A stretch of 64,000 nucleotides of DNA. Source: Patescibacteria group bacterium. Its GTDB lineage: Bacteria; Patescibacteriota; Minisyncoccia; UBA6257; 2-01-FULL-56-20. Positions 28,907-38,016 of this stretch are shown piece by piece; within the stretch, counting starts at the first letter, position 1; each line of letters starts with the position of its first letter. A program made the translations under genes and the position numbers. Under the pieces are notes generated by a model. That model was not told where the DNA came from. It made no database searches and worked only from the letters and a program-made list of their open reading frames with translations. The stretch lies in NCBI GenBank assembly GCA_018971305.1, contig JAGXBC010000003.1:156325-220324 (forward strand). Direction: 5' to 3'.

Positions 28907-28933
28907 CCCCGTAGAATTACGGGGTTATTTTAT
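28907..28933 (+). terminator. rho-independent terminator
   Basis: CCCCGTAGAATTACGGGG followed by TTATTTTAT. Confidence 0.75.
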
Positions 28934-28958
28934 CCTGCACGAAATATATTTACTCACT

Positions 28959-29408
28959 TTATTCCTCTGAACGAATCAGAATTTTTATGTATCCCTCGGC
29001 GCCATTTTTGAAACGAATAATTATTTTGTGTTCACCAAGTTCTTTGAGGGGGTGAGCAAGCTCTATATCCACGCGTTCATTTGTTGTTATGCCAGTGTTT
29101 CTCAAAGCTTTGAGAATGGCATCCTTATTTACCGAACCAAAGACGGACCCGTCGGCACCTGTTTTAAGATGAAATTCCAAGGATCTTTCTTTTAGTTCGC
29201 GGATAATGGCATCAACGTGCTTGGCAAATCCCTTTTCGTTTTTATCGGCTTCTTTTTTTAGAGTTTTTATTTTTTGCAGGGATGTTTCCGTTGCTGGTTC
29301 GGCGAATTTATTCACGAATAAAAAATTACGCGCGTAACCATCGGCTACTTCTTTTACATCGTAACGCCTGCCAATCCCTTTGACGTCTTGTAGAAAAATA
29401 ACCTTCAT
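28959..29408 (-). CDS. rplI: 50S ribosomal protein L9
   Basis: MKVIFLQDVKGIG… N-terminus; 149 aa. Confidence 0.9.
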   Translation of the reverse strand: MKVIFLQDVKGIGRRYDVKEVADGYARNFLFVNKFAEPATETSLQKIKTLKKEADKNEKGFAKHVDAIIRELKERSLEFHLKTGADGSVFGSVNKDAILKALRNTGITTNERVDIELAHPLKELGEHKIIIRFKNGAEGYIKILIRSEE

Positions 29409-29411
29409 AAT

Positions 29412-30671
29412 TTATTTGGAAATTTCCGAATGCAAAATTTCTATAGCCTTATCGAGCTGCGGATCTTTCCCGGCCGTAGTGTCGCTCGCGTTAAGCGGAA
29501 CTTCGTAATCTGGCTTTAACCCCCCGTTTTCTAAAATGTGTCCGGATGGCAATACCCAGTGAGCAACCGTAAGTTTTATGGAGGAACCATCGCTTAACGG
29601 CATAAGCTGCTGAACCGTCCCTTTGCCGAAACTGGTTTCACCGATAAGCTTGATGTTCCTTTGATCGCGCAAAGCACCTGCCAGAATTTCTGAAGCCGAA
29701 GCCGAACCCCCGTCGATAAGCACCACGGTCGGGAAATCAGCGAGGGCGGCGTTGCCGCTGGCTCTAAATTCCTGATTGGTGCCGCTTCTGCCGGCCTCAC
29801 TCACGACTAATTTGCCGCGCGGTAAAAACCATCCTGCAAGATCAACCGCAACTTCTAAATAACCGCCGGGGTTCCCGCGAAGGTCCAAGATTAATCCTTT
29901 ACTGCCATTCGTAACCGCTTTGAACATAGCTTGATAAAATAGTGAATCGGCGTTGGCGTTAAAGCCGTAAAGCTGGATTTGAGTCAAATCGCCACCGACT
30001 GTTTTTGTATCCAGAGTTGGGATTGCAATATTGCCTCGTGTTATCGAAAAATCTTTAGGTTTATCCCACCCGTCGCGCATAATAGTAAGTTTGACACTGC
30101 TCCCCTCCAGCCCGCGAATGGAATTAACGGCATCGTCAATAGAGATACCGTCGGTGGACGAGGCATCTATCGCCAAGATTGCGTCTCCGGCCATAAGCCC
30201 GGCTTTCATCGCAGGCGTGTCTTTCAGTGGAGCGATAACCACTAATTGGTCGTTCTTTATGCCAAGTTCGGCGCCAATACCTCCAAAATTTCCATCAACA
30301 TTTTCCTGAAATTGCTGATTATCTTTGGGGTTGAAAAATTCCGAATACCTATCGCCCAAAGAATTTACCAAGCCGTTAACCGCTCCGTGAACTTTATCTT
30401 GCGCGCTCGTGCTCGCGTTCCTCAAATAAGAATCATTTATGATCTGCCAGGCCTGCCAGAAAGTATTAAAATTTACGTCCGCGGGTTGCCCCTGGTTAAT
30501 ATTGCTTACCCCTTTTACGAGGATAGTATTTGGAACCTTCTTCCCCTCAGAGAAGCCAAAATAAAAACTGGCGCCCATAGACGCTGCCACAACAACTACA
30601 GCTAAAACAGCCGTGAGAATACGTTTTCTGATCATTGTTATATATTTTAACAGATTTTCAATAGTAATCAA
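29412..30671 (-). CDS. ctpA: carboxyl-terminal processing protease (S41, PDZ domain)
   Basis: PDZ segment (…AGLMAGDAILAID) and S41 catalytic region. An alternative start at 30635 is possible. Confidence 0.85.
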   Translation of the reverse strand: MITIENLLKYITMIRKRILTAVLAVVVVAASMGASFYFGFSEGKKVPNTILVKGVSNINQGQPADVNFNTFWQAWQIINDSYLRNASTSAQDKVHGAVNGLVNSLGDRYSEFFNPKDNQQFQENVDGNFGGIGAELGIKNDQLVVIAPLKDTPAMKAGLMAGDAILAIDASSTDGISIDDAVNSIRGLEGSSVKLTIMRDGWDKPKDFSITRGNIAIPTLDTKTVGGDLTQIQLYGFNANADSLFYQAMFKAVTNGSKGLILDLRGNPGGYLEVAVDLAGWFLPRGKLVVSEAGRSGTNQEFRASGNAALADFPTVVLIDGGSASASEILAGALRDQRNIKLIGETSFGKGTVQQLMPLSDGSSIKLTVAHWVLPSGHILENGGLKPDYEVPLNASDTTAGKDPQLDKAIEILHSEISK

Positions 30672-30700
30672 AACTAAACTAGAATCTACGAATGTGGATT

Positions 30701-30734
30701 ATAAAAAAATCCGGGCAGGAACAAGTCCTGCCCG
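30701..30734 (-). terminator. rho-independent terminator (minus strand)
   Basis: GGGCAGGA-CUUGU-UCCUGCCC hairpin followed by a U7 tract on the minus strand. Confidence 0.8.
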
Positions 30735-30742
30735 TTAGAGGT

Positions 30743-31609
30743 CTAAATAACAGTCTGGAGGCGATCTTCTTTTGTAAATAATCGTCTGACCGTAATAAAT
30801 TCATTACGGCCATTAAGAAGATGCGGTATCGAACAGTTCTGAATGACAAACGATCGGATTTCCTCGGATAAGCGGAATCGCTTGGGATCTTCCACATACT
30901 CCTTCATTTCAGGAGAGATTTTCCGTGGTTTGTCGTCAACCTGGCCAGCGCGTACCAAGTAAAAATCCGAGCACGGTATGTTCCAGTCCGCTGCACCATT
31001 CCTGTAATCTGTGCAAGATTCTCGGAATCCACCAGCGGAAGTAACATCAAAATTTTGGCTTAAAAACCACACCAAAGCCTTGATATTGCCCGCAACCGAA
31101 TATCCACGAACGGAATCGTCGCGCACGAAGAATGCCATCGTATCCCGAAGCGATTTGAATTCTCCTCGGGATTCAATCCGTACGGTGTATTCATTACTGC
31201 CCCGAGCATTATAGATTGTGCACACAGCGCGCACTCTACGCTCTGCTCTATCCAGATAGCGATAGTTCAAACGCACCTGTACTGGACGGAAGGCGTGTTT
31301 ATCAGAAGTGAAAAAGCTTTCAATTTGATCAATCAGCGTTGGCTCCACTGCATACGGCTGATAGAGAAACCATTTAAAAAATGGCGCCTCTCGCACGTAT
31401 TTCGGAAATCTATAGCCATCTTTCCTTCTTTCGCGTAACAGCTCTGCACGAAAGTCGCTTGTGCGCTGGAGCTCTATAACGTTATCCGCTCGCCTAACGT
31501 ACACAGTTATACGACGAGGATCTTTTTCATCATAGCTCCTGAAAATCAATGTTGCTCTGGAAAGATTCTGCTCTTTCAAAGAACGTGCAAGATTGTCGTA
31601 TGGTTGCAC
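30743..31609 (-). CDS. hypothetical Arg-rich protein (288 aa), no recognised domain
   Basis: Long ORF with its own strong terminator; GC content looks slightly higher than in neighbouring genes. Confidence 0.5.
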   Translation of the reverse strand: MQPYDNLARSLKEQNLSRATLIFRSYDEKDPRRITVYVRRADNVIELQRTSDFRAELLRERRKDGYRFPKYVREAPFFKWFLYQPYAVEPTLIDQIESFFTSDKHAFRPVQVRLNYRYLDRAERRVRAVCTIYNARGSNEYTVRIESRGEFKSLRDTMAFFVRDDSVRGYSVAGNIKALVWFLSQNFDVTSAGGFRESCTDYRNGAADWNIPCSDFYLVRAGQVDDKPRKISPEMKEYVEDPKRFRLSEEIRSFVIQNCSIPHLLNGRNEFITVRRLFTKEDRLQTVI

Positions 31610-31715
31610 AAATCCTCCGCAGTATGGCTCCGGCCTTGAAATTTAAGGGGTTTTCCCACCGGAGTAAGTTAAACTACTGTTGTGCATAATAGCACGCTAA
31701 TAAAAATTAGTCAAA

Positions 31716-32291
31716 TTATTTAAATAAAAACTTCTGCAACGATGTATACTCTGCTCCGCCGCGCTTCAGTTCGGACTCCATCAGATCTAAACCATCGGCT
31801 TCAAATTGCATATGGACGTCGCGCCCGATTGTCGGTAAATTATCGGCTGTAAAATCTGTCGTAAGACGCGCAAGAGTTAAATGTCCGGTAAATGGCCTTT
31901 GTTCGCGCTTAAAACGCACGTTCGCCTCCTCCAGGCCGTCTTCCAATACGTTTTTTATTTCTGCCAAATTATGTTCCGTGTAGCTATCGGTTAAAAACCA
32001 GATCATGCGAGGCTTGCGCTCTGAGGGACCGTAGACGGTTTCAGTAAGCGATATATTTTGCGGTGAAAATTGTTTAGCGGCTTTCTGGGCTGCCTCCATT
32101 ATTACGCCTATGTCCTCATCATCCTGATATCCCAGAAATGATAACGTAAGATGCCAATTCTCTGGCGGCGTAAACCTGATGCTTGACGATAATTCCCAGG
32201 GTATCTTGGTTTTAAATTCTTCAACTAATCGACTAATTCCCTCTTTTGTTCTTTTATCTAAATTTATGGCAATGAATAATCTTCGGTTCAT
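31716..32291 (-). CDS. thpR: RNA 2',3'-cyclic phosphodiesterase (2'-5' RNA ligase family, ThpR/LigT)
   Basis: Two H-x-T-x motifs (WHLTLSFLG and GHLTLARL). Confidence 0.85.
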   Translation of the reverse strand: MNRRLFIAINLDKRTKEGISRLVEEFKTKIPWELSSSIRFTPPENWHLTLSFLGYQDDEDIGVIMEAAQKAAKQFSPQNISLTETVYGPSERKPRMIWFLTDSYTEHNLAEIKNVLEDGLEEANVRFKREQRPFTGHLTLARLTTDFTADNLPTIGRDVHMQFEADGLDLMESELKRGGAEYTSLQKFLFK

Positions 32292-32292
32292 T

Positions 32293-32928
32293 TTATATAT
32301 TCCTCCGCCACTCTTCTATTTTTTTATGGTTACCAGAGAGCAAAATTTTAGGAACAAATAAGTTTTTTCTGCCGGCCTTAAAAACTTCTGGCCTGGTATA
32401 AACTGGATAGGACCCTTTAATCTCTTCCAGTGACTCAGTTTTTCCCAAAAATCCGGGTAAATGCCTGCTAACGGCTTCAGTTAAAACTAACGCAGGCAAT
32501 TCTCCGCCGGAGAGCACATAATCCCCCATTGATATTTCTTCGTCGGCCACATATTTAGCTACGCGTTCGTCTACGCCTTCATAGCGACCGCAGATCAATA
32601 TCAAACGTTCATATTTTGCCAGCCGCCGAGCGATTTTAGAATCAAATTTTTTACCGCGCGTCGAGAAGAGAATAATTCTAGTTTTTAGTTTTGAGCTTTT
32701 AGCCGTGAGAAATCGAATAGCCTTATAAACCGGCTCAATTTTAATAACCATTCCCGGTCCGCCGCCGAAAGGCTTGTCGTCAACCTTATTATGCCTGTCA
32801 GCCGTAAAATCTCTTAAGTTATGGATGCGGACGTCAATCAATTTTTTCTCCCGAGCGCGCTTAATAAGAGATTCGTTCAAGTAGGAATCAAAAATTTTAG
32901 GAAAAATTGTGATGATGTCGAAGCGCAT
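32293..32928 (-). CDS. trmD: tRNA (guanine37-N1)-methyltransferase
   Basis: MRFDIITIFP… N-terminus; trefoil-knot SPOUT motifs. Confidence 0.9.
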   Translation of the reverse strand: MRFDIITIFPKIFDSYLNESLIKRAREKKLIDVRIHNLRDFTADRHNKVDDKPFGGGPGMVIKIEPVYKAIRFLTAKSSKLKTRIILFSTRGKKFDSKIARRLAKYERLILICGRYEGVDERVAKYVADEEISMGDYVLSGGELPALVLTEAVSRHLPGFLGKTESLEEIKGSYPVYTRPEVFKAGRKNLFVPKILLSGNHKKIEEWRRNI

Positions 32929-35568
32929 TTATTCATTGCTTCCATCTGTCGATGAATCTTCGCCGCTCAAGTCGCTGCTCCCGCCATCACCCTCTTCTTT
33001 TTCGGCCAATTCTTCCAGAGACTCTTCTTCAACGAAATCGTCGCGGTCTTCATCTGTGCCGTATAGAGCGGATTTTTCTTGGTCGTCTTCCAAAGATATC
33101 TTCTTTTTCTCGGGCAATATAGTTCCATTCGCATGCGTTACCGTGTCTATTTCTAATTCGTTAGCTCGGAATTCTGTATCGCCGATAGTATGGGGTAAGT
33201 TAGGTGACCGACTATATGTTTCAGGCATAATTTTTTCTTCGGAAAATTTTGTTTTACTATTTTCTTTTTCCGTATCCATATCTCTCCCGTCAACAGCATC
33301 ATAGTAGGACGTAGTCTTTGTCCGATTATTTTCTTCGGATAGGTTTTTTGGGGAGAACCCGTTAGATTCGTGCCTTATATAAGACCCACTATGTTCGGCA
33401 AAAGACCCTGTTTTATCATTTTGAATTGACGGGCGTGCTTCTTCAGTAGGTGGTCTATTACTACCTATGTTTTGTGGTGATATTCTAGCCCGAAAATCTT
33501 TTACGGACACTATTTTTTCTTCAGTTGATTTGGTTTCGTTCACATGGATAACCTTATTTATGGCTTCAACGGCAGGCGTTTTGTTTTCCCTATCATAGTC
33601 GTGAGACCGAGATTCTTTTTGCTCGCCATTGGTATGGGGAACAGAACTTTCCCTTGAATTTTTTTCTTCTTGATTCGACATTACGATGACCACGTTGCCG
33701 ATTTGCGGTTCTTTCTTCTCTATAACTAAAGATTGTTTGATGGCCTCGCGTAACCCAGCAATGTCTATATCCGGTTTTTTAGGAACCTTCGGCTTGAACT
33801 CCTGAGGGTGGGGTCTGCCGAGAACATTTGGATCTTCTCTTGCGGCCGGTACGCTTGGCGGATGTATTGACGTGCCTTTTTCTTTAAATGATTGGGTCGG
33901 CGATTGATCAGTATTTAGAGGGCGCTCCGGAATTCTTGGTACAGAGGGTACAGGCTGAGTAGGATGTGGTGTGGGCGACATCTGCGGTCTGTATTGCGGA
34001 GTACTGCTATTGTTATAGCCGTACTGTTGCTGCTGCTGGGGACGATAATCCCGTTGATCATAAGGCGATCGTCTGTCGCGATCACGATTATCAAAACCAT
34101 CACGCCTGCCAGGATTGTTTCCCATATCGCCCGTTCGCTCATACCTGGCAGAGTCGGACGGACGCCGATCCGGCCGTGGTCTGAAGGATTGGTTATTGCC
34201 ATCTTGCAATGTTTGCCTGAGGGGTCGTTCCCCTTGTCTATCAATTTTTCCGCCAACTATTGTTTCGCTCGCCGCCTGCCACTCCTCGGCAATTTTTTCA
34301 TCAACGATTTTTCTCGGCGTGCTATAACGGGTTCTGGAATTCTGAATAATAACGTCTTTGTGGCTGATAAGCGGGATTTTTTGCGGAGGCAATGTTTCCG
34401 CGGAAAACGGCCTTGAAGCCACGCCGTCTATCATCAGTTTTATATAGATGGTGGCTTTGGCGAGGTTAACGAGATCATTTTGTATAAATTCCGGCATAAA
34501 TTCTTTTTCCAGGAATTCGGCGTCGGCTCCTCCAGTGCGGAAACAGATAAGCGTACCGACGTTTCCAAAAACCGCGTCACGTACTTTTGTGTTTTGTTCG
34601 TTAACCAGCTGGCCTATATATTGATGGGCCAAGGTTAAACTTAACCGATATTTTCTTGCCTCGGACAAAATATTGGCGAACGACTCTGTGGCGAAATTTT
34701 GGAATTCATCCACGTACAGAAAAAAGTCGTTGCGTTGTTCTTCCGGCAAATCAACCCGGGACATCGCGGCGAGTTGTAAACGCGTTATGACCATAGCGCC
34801 CAAAAGCGCGGAATTATCTTCGCCGATCTTACCCTTGGATAGGTTAACGATGAATATTTTTTTATTGTCCATGATCTCGCGCATATTAAGCGTGGAATGC
34901 GCCTGACCAAGAATATTTCTGATCAAAGGATTGGAAACGAATTGTCCGACTTTATTCTGAATGGCAGCAACGGCTTCCGTTTCCAGCCTTTGGGTATATC
35001 TGGCAAATTCATTTACCCAAAAAGCTTTTATTACCGGGTCCTTTAAATTATCAACGATTTTTTTACGATAAGCAGGCTCGGAAAGCATTCTTATTACTCC
35101 TAAGAGCGTGGAGCTCGGATATTCCAAAAGCGCAAGAAGCGTGTTGTTCAGAATATATTCCATCCTCGCCGACCAAACGTCCGGCCAGATTTTTTTGAAA
35201 ACACCCATAATACCCGAAGCAACAAGGTGTCTGAATTCAGTCCCCACTTGTTCTATGGGATTGAAGGCGATGGGGTAATCCATATCAGCAGGATTGAAAT
35301 AAATCACGTCATCCAAGCGCTCTTCCGGCACGAATTCTACTATCTTCTCGGCCAATTCTCCGTGAGGATCAACAACGCCGACTCCGCGGCCGGCTCGAAT
35401 ATCGGCGACGATCATATTCTCCATCATTGTAGTTTTGCCAACGCCGGTTTTTCCGACAACATAAATATGCCGGCGGCGGTCGTCTGTTTTTATTCCAAAT
35501 CTTGTTTTTTGATTCCTGAAATTACAAAAACCGAGCGGTGTTAATTCGGTATTTTTTTTGTCGTTCAT
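32929..35568 (-). CDS. TraD/TraG/VirD4-like P-loop ATPase (coupling-protein-type) with ~440-aa low-complexity acidic/Pro/Arg-rich C-terminal tail
   Basis: Walker A GKTGVGKTT, Walker B LYVDEFQNF, and an LTLAHQYIGQL-type motif. The stop abuts the trmD start. Confidence 0.6.
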   Translation of the reverse strand: MNDKKNTELTPLGFCNFRNQKTRFGIKTDDRRRHIYVVGKTGVGKTTMMENMIVADIRAGRGVGVVDPHGELAEKIVEFVPEERLDDVIYFNPADMDYPIAFNPIEQVGTEFRHLVASGIMGVFKKIWPDVWSARMEYILNNTLLALLEYPSSTLLGVIRMLSEPAYRKKIVDNLKDPVIKAFWVNEFARYTQRLETEAVAAIQNKVGQFVSNPLIRNILGQAHSTLNMREIMDNKKIFIVNLSKGKIGEDNSALLGAMVITRLQLAAMSRVDLPEEQRNDFFLYVDEFQNFATESFANILSEARKYRLSLTLAHQYIGQLVNEQNTKVRDAVFGNVGTLICFRTGGADAEFLEKEFMPEFIQNDLVNLAKATIYIKLMIDGVASRPFSAETLPPQKIPLISHKDVIIQNSRTRYSTPRKIVDEKIAEEWQAASETIVGGKIDRQGERPLRQTLQDGNNQSFRPRPDRRPSDSARYERTGDMGNNPGRRDGFDNRDRDRRSPYDQRDYRPQQQQQYGYNNSSTPQYRPQMSPTPHPTQPVPSVPRIPERPLNTDQSPTQSFKEKGTSIHPPSVPAAREDPNVLGRPHPQEFKPKVPKKPDIDIAGLREAIKQSLVIEKKEPQIGNVVIVMSNQEEKNSRESSVPHTNGEQKESRSHDYDRENKTPAVEAINKVIHVNETKSTEEKIVSVKDFRARISPQNIGSNRPPTEEARPSIQNDKTGSFAEHSGSYIRHESNGFSPKNLSEENNRTKTTSYYDAVDGRDMDTEKENSKTKFSEEKIMPETYSRSPNLPHTIGDTEFRANELEIDTVTHANGTILPEKKKISLEDDQEKSALYGTDEDRDDFVEEESLEELAEKEEGDGGSSDLSGEDSSTDGSNE

Positions 35569-35579
35569 AAAAGTTAGAG

Positions 35580-36851
35580 TTATTCCATGGTCGGCAACGC
35601 CGGGGGCGGTCCGCCTTTACGCGATTCAACCTTTTCCAATTGCGTGGATCCAACTCCCATTATCGGGAAGTGGTAAATGGTAGCTAACTCCTCAATATTA
35701 AGAATAGGTTTGTGGTGATTAAAAACCTGATCACGATATTTTTCGAAAATCACCCTTTTGCGCCAATTAAGCCGTAATTTAACAAACATCCCATGTACGG
35801 CGCGGCACATTGTATTTTTGTCCGGTTTCAGAAGATTAAGATTCTGCGTATTGAATTGCCGGAAAAATCCGGAGATAGAGGCCACGTTGTCACGGCTGAA
35901 TGAATCGCGTTTATCAATGTATAAAAATCTAATCGTTGTCTCAAAGCCAAGTTTCGCAATTTTTTTCTCAATACCTTCAACGACTTCGCGCTGCCCGGGG
36001 GTGAGAAGCAGCATTCTGAAGTTAATTTCATCTCTTTTTTTCTCGGCTTCGGTTGCGGGATGCTCAAAGGGTGAGCGCAAAACTTCTCCGAGGGTTACTC
36101 CTAAGCCCAAAAACCCCGATTTTTTCTTCTTTTGTTCTTCCAGGCCTGTCATTTTTCTTACAAACGCTTCACCAGCTAATCGCCAGTCGTCCCCGGTGGG
36201 CCGAACCATCATTTGTATCCAAATCTGTTCGTCCTCCTTAAGCTTGGATGTGGCTTCCGTTATGGCGGAAATAGTATCAATGCGTCTTTCTTCAACCGCC
36301 TCTTCAAACATAGGATAAGTTCTTATAGGGAAACAATCCGGATTGCGCAAAATCTGTTCCTCGCCGTAAACCTCAATGCTTTTAGTCGGCATGACATGCG
36401 GCATTTGCTTTACGTAATCTTCAACTTCCTTTATTTCCGCTTCGGGATATTGGGCGTAGATTGCCGATTCCATCAAGTTGCGGAATTGTTTTGGCAGGCG
36501 CAGATAAAAATGAGTTTCTCCCGCCGAACCAACTATTTCAAATGACATCCAATATTCAACCTTCCCCTCCCAATATTTCTCCAAGAATCTCAGACCGTAA
36601 GAATAGGGTACGTGCGCTGCGGCGAATATCTGCTCCATGGCCTTCGGAGTTTTCAGGACGTTCTTTGGAACCTTTATTTCCAAAAGCTGCCACCTAATGG
36701 CAACGATAAATTTATATTGGATATAAAGCATCCAAAAATCCCAGAACAAAAAGAAAGCCATCAATGGCAGGGCAAACCACCAAACTTGGCTCCATACGTC
36801 TTTAACGCTTTGAATTAATCCGCTGGTTAATCCGGAAATTACCTGAGGCAT
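35580..36851 (-). CDS. hypothetical membrane-anchored protein (one N-terminal TM helix), upstream partner of the TraD-like ATPase
   Basis: Hydrophobic segment near residues 20-50; 11-nt gap to the ATPase gene. Confidence 0.5.
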   Translation of the reverse strand: MPQVISGLTSGLIQSVKDVWSQVWWFALPLMAFFLFWDFWMLYIQYKFIVAIRWQLLEIKVPKNVLKTPKAMEQIFAAAHVPYSYGLRFLEKYWEGKVEYWMSFEIVGSAGETHFYLRLPKQFRNLMESAIYAQYPEAEIKEVEDYVKQMPHVMPTKSIEVYGEEQILRNPDCFPIRTYPMFEEAVEERRIDTISAITEATSKLKEDEQIWIQMMVRPTGDDWRLAGEAFVRKMTGLEEQKKKKSGFLGLGVTLGEVLRSPFEHPATEAEKKRDEINFRMLLLTPGQREVVEGIEKKIAKLGFETTIRFLYIDKRDSFSRDNVASISGFFRQFNTQNLNLLKPDKNTMCRAVHGMFVKLRLNWRKRVIFEKYRDQVFNHHKPILNIEELATIYHFPIMGVGSTQLEKVESRKGGPPPALPTME

Positions 36852-36913
36852 TATTCTATTATAGAATGTTTTCTAAGAACTGCGTACACCCACCCATCGA
36901 AAGCGATATCTGC

Positions 36914-37942
36914 TTAAGATTCCCTAACTCTGTATCTACCGTCTGATAAACGCTCAAAGTAGTCCTTATTCTGCAAGTTGATGATTACGGTATTAGGCTT
37001 AAAGAACCTTTGTTTATTTACATGTTGAACAACATCATTCGGATGCAGTGGCCCGTTCTTTTTTAGAACCTTTTGGATTACTTCCCGCGCCACTCCTGGT
37101 TCATAACCATGCTCGCGCAGGCCGTACATTCCCCTACCGACAAGAACAAACCTCTCGTCTTTAATAAGTTCGTTGTGAACGGTCGGAGCCAGGGCTTCCT
37201 GCGAACCAAAGGACGTTTCGTTTATAACCTTGGCAATAGATTGAAAATGGAGCGGCTGCCCCGTTTTTCTTAAAACCAAATATATGCGGTCGCGGGTTGT
37301 GGTCGGATTGATTTCCGCCCAATCGCGCAAACCAACATCACCATAGGGATTAGCCCCGATCTTTTTTGTTATATTCAAATAGTTTTCAGCGTGATTTTTA
37401 TTTGCCTTTTCGGTCTTAATAAAATTTGTAAGCAGCGTCTTGTAATCTCCAGACAAAACTTTATTTTTATTGCTCTTAAGATTATCCGCCCAGCCATCTA
37501 TAAAACCGACAGCCGTACGCAGATCGTCTTTGGTTAAATAATAAAATGGGTGGTAGTTTTCATCTTCGGGATAGAAATAAAAAGCCCCGGACGCTTCCAA
37601 AAGAAGCGCTAAATAATTCTTATTAAGTCCTTCGGCAAAATCCGCTCCATACTGGAGCAAGACGTCCTGCCTCATAACACCGCCAGCGTTTTTAAGCTGC
37701 TTCTTGCTTTGATTTAAGATGTGAACGCAAACGGAATTTTTAAGGACCTCTTTATTCAAAAGTCCTAATGCCGATTTTTCTATTTGCCTTACGCGTTCCC
37801 TCGTTATTCCCATCGTGTCGCCGATGGCAGCCAAAGTCTCCCCCTCTCCGGACTTCAAACCAAAGCGGCCGACAATTACTTCTTTTTGCCGGTCGGCGAG
37901 AGAATTGAACAGAGCGTTAATTATTTTGGGGGCTGATAACAT
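36914..37942 (-). CDS. sigma-70 region-4-type HTH protein with a large uncharacterised C-terminal domain
   Basis: N-terminal LADRQKEVIVGRFGL…LAAIGDTMGITRERVRQIEKSAL matches the sigma-70 region 4 HTH; the remaining ~270 aa have no recognised motif. Confidence 0.55.
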   Translation of the reverse strand: MLSAPKIINALFNSLADRQKEVIVGRFGLKSGEGETLAAIGDTMGITRERVRQIEKSALGLLNKEVLKNSVCVHILNQSKKQLKNAGGVMRQDVLLQYGADFAEGLNKNYLALLLEASGAFYFYPEDENYHPFYYLTKDDLRTAVGFIDGWADNLKSNKNKVLSGDYKTLLTNFIKTEKANKNHAENYLNITKKIGANPYGDVGLRDWAEINPTTTRDRIYLVLRKTGQPLHFQSIAKVINETSFGSQEALAPTVHNELIKDERFVLVGRGMYGLREHGYEPGVAREVIQKVLKKNGPLHPNDVVQHVNKQRFFKPNTVIINLQNKDYFERLSDGRYRVRES

Positions 37943-38016
37943 TGTTTATATTATACACCATTATATAAATTAATCAACAATAAGTCAAGTGAGGTCGCTG
38001 GCAGGTTTTGTTTGCT

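Noticed and set aside
33915-34416. Several overlapping ORFs on both strands inside the low-complexity tail of the TraD-like gene
   Set aside because: The biased composition of this region generates long spurious ORFs in all frames. The continuous 879-aa frame with the ATPase domain is the parsimonious call.
32929-37942. Interpreting the TraD-like module as a conjugative element or ICE
   Set aside because: No relaxase, VirB4, integrase, tRNA-adjacent attachment site or compositional discontinuity was found. The ATPase is translationally coupled to trmD in a housekeeping array.
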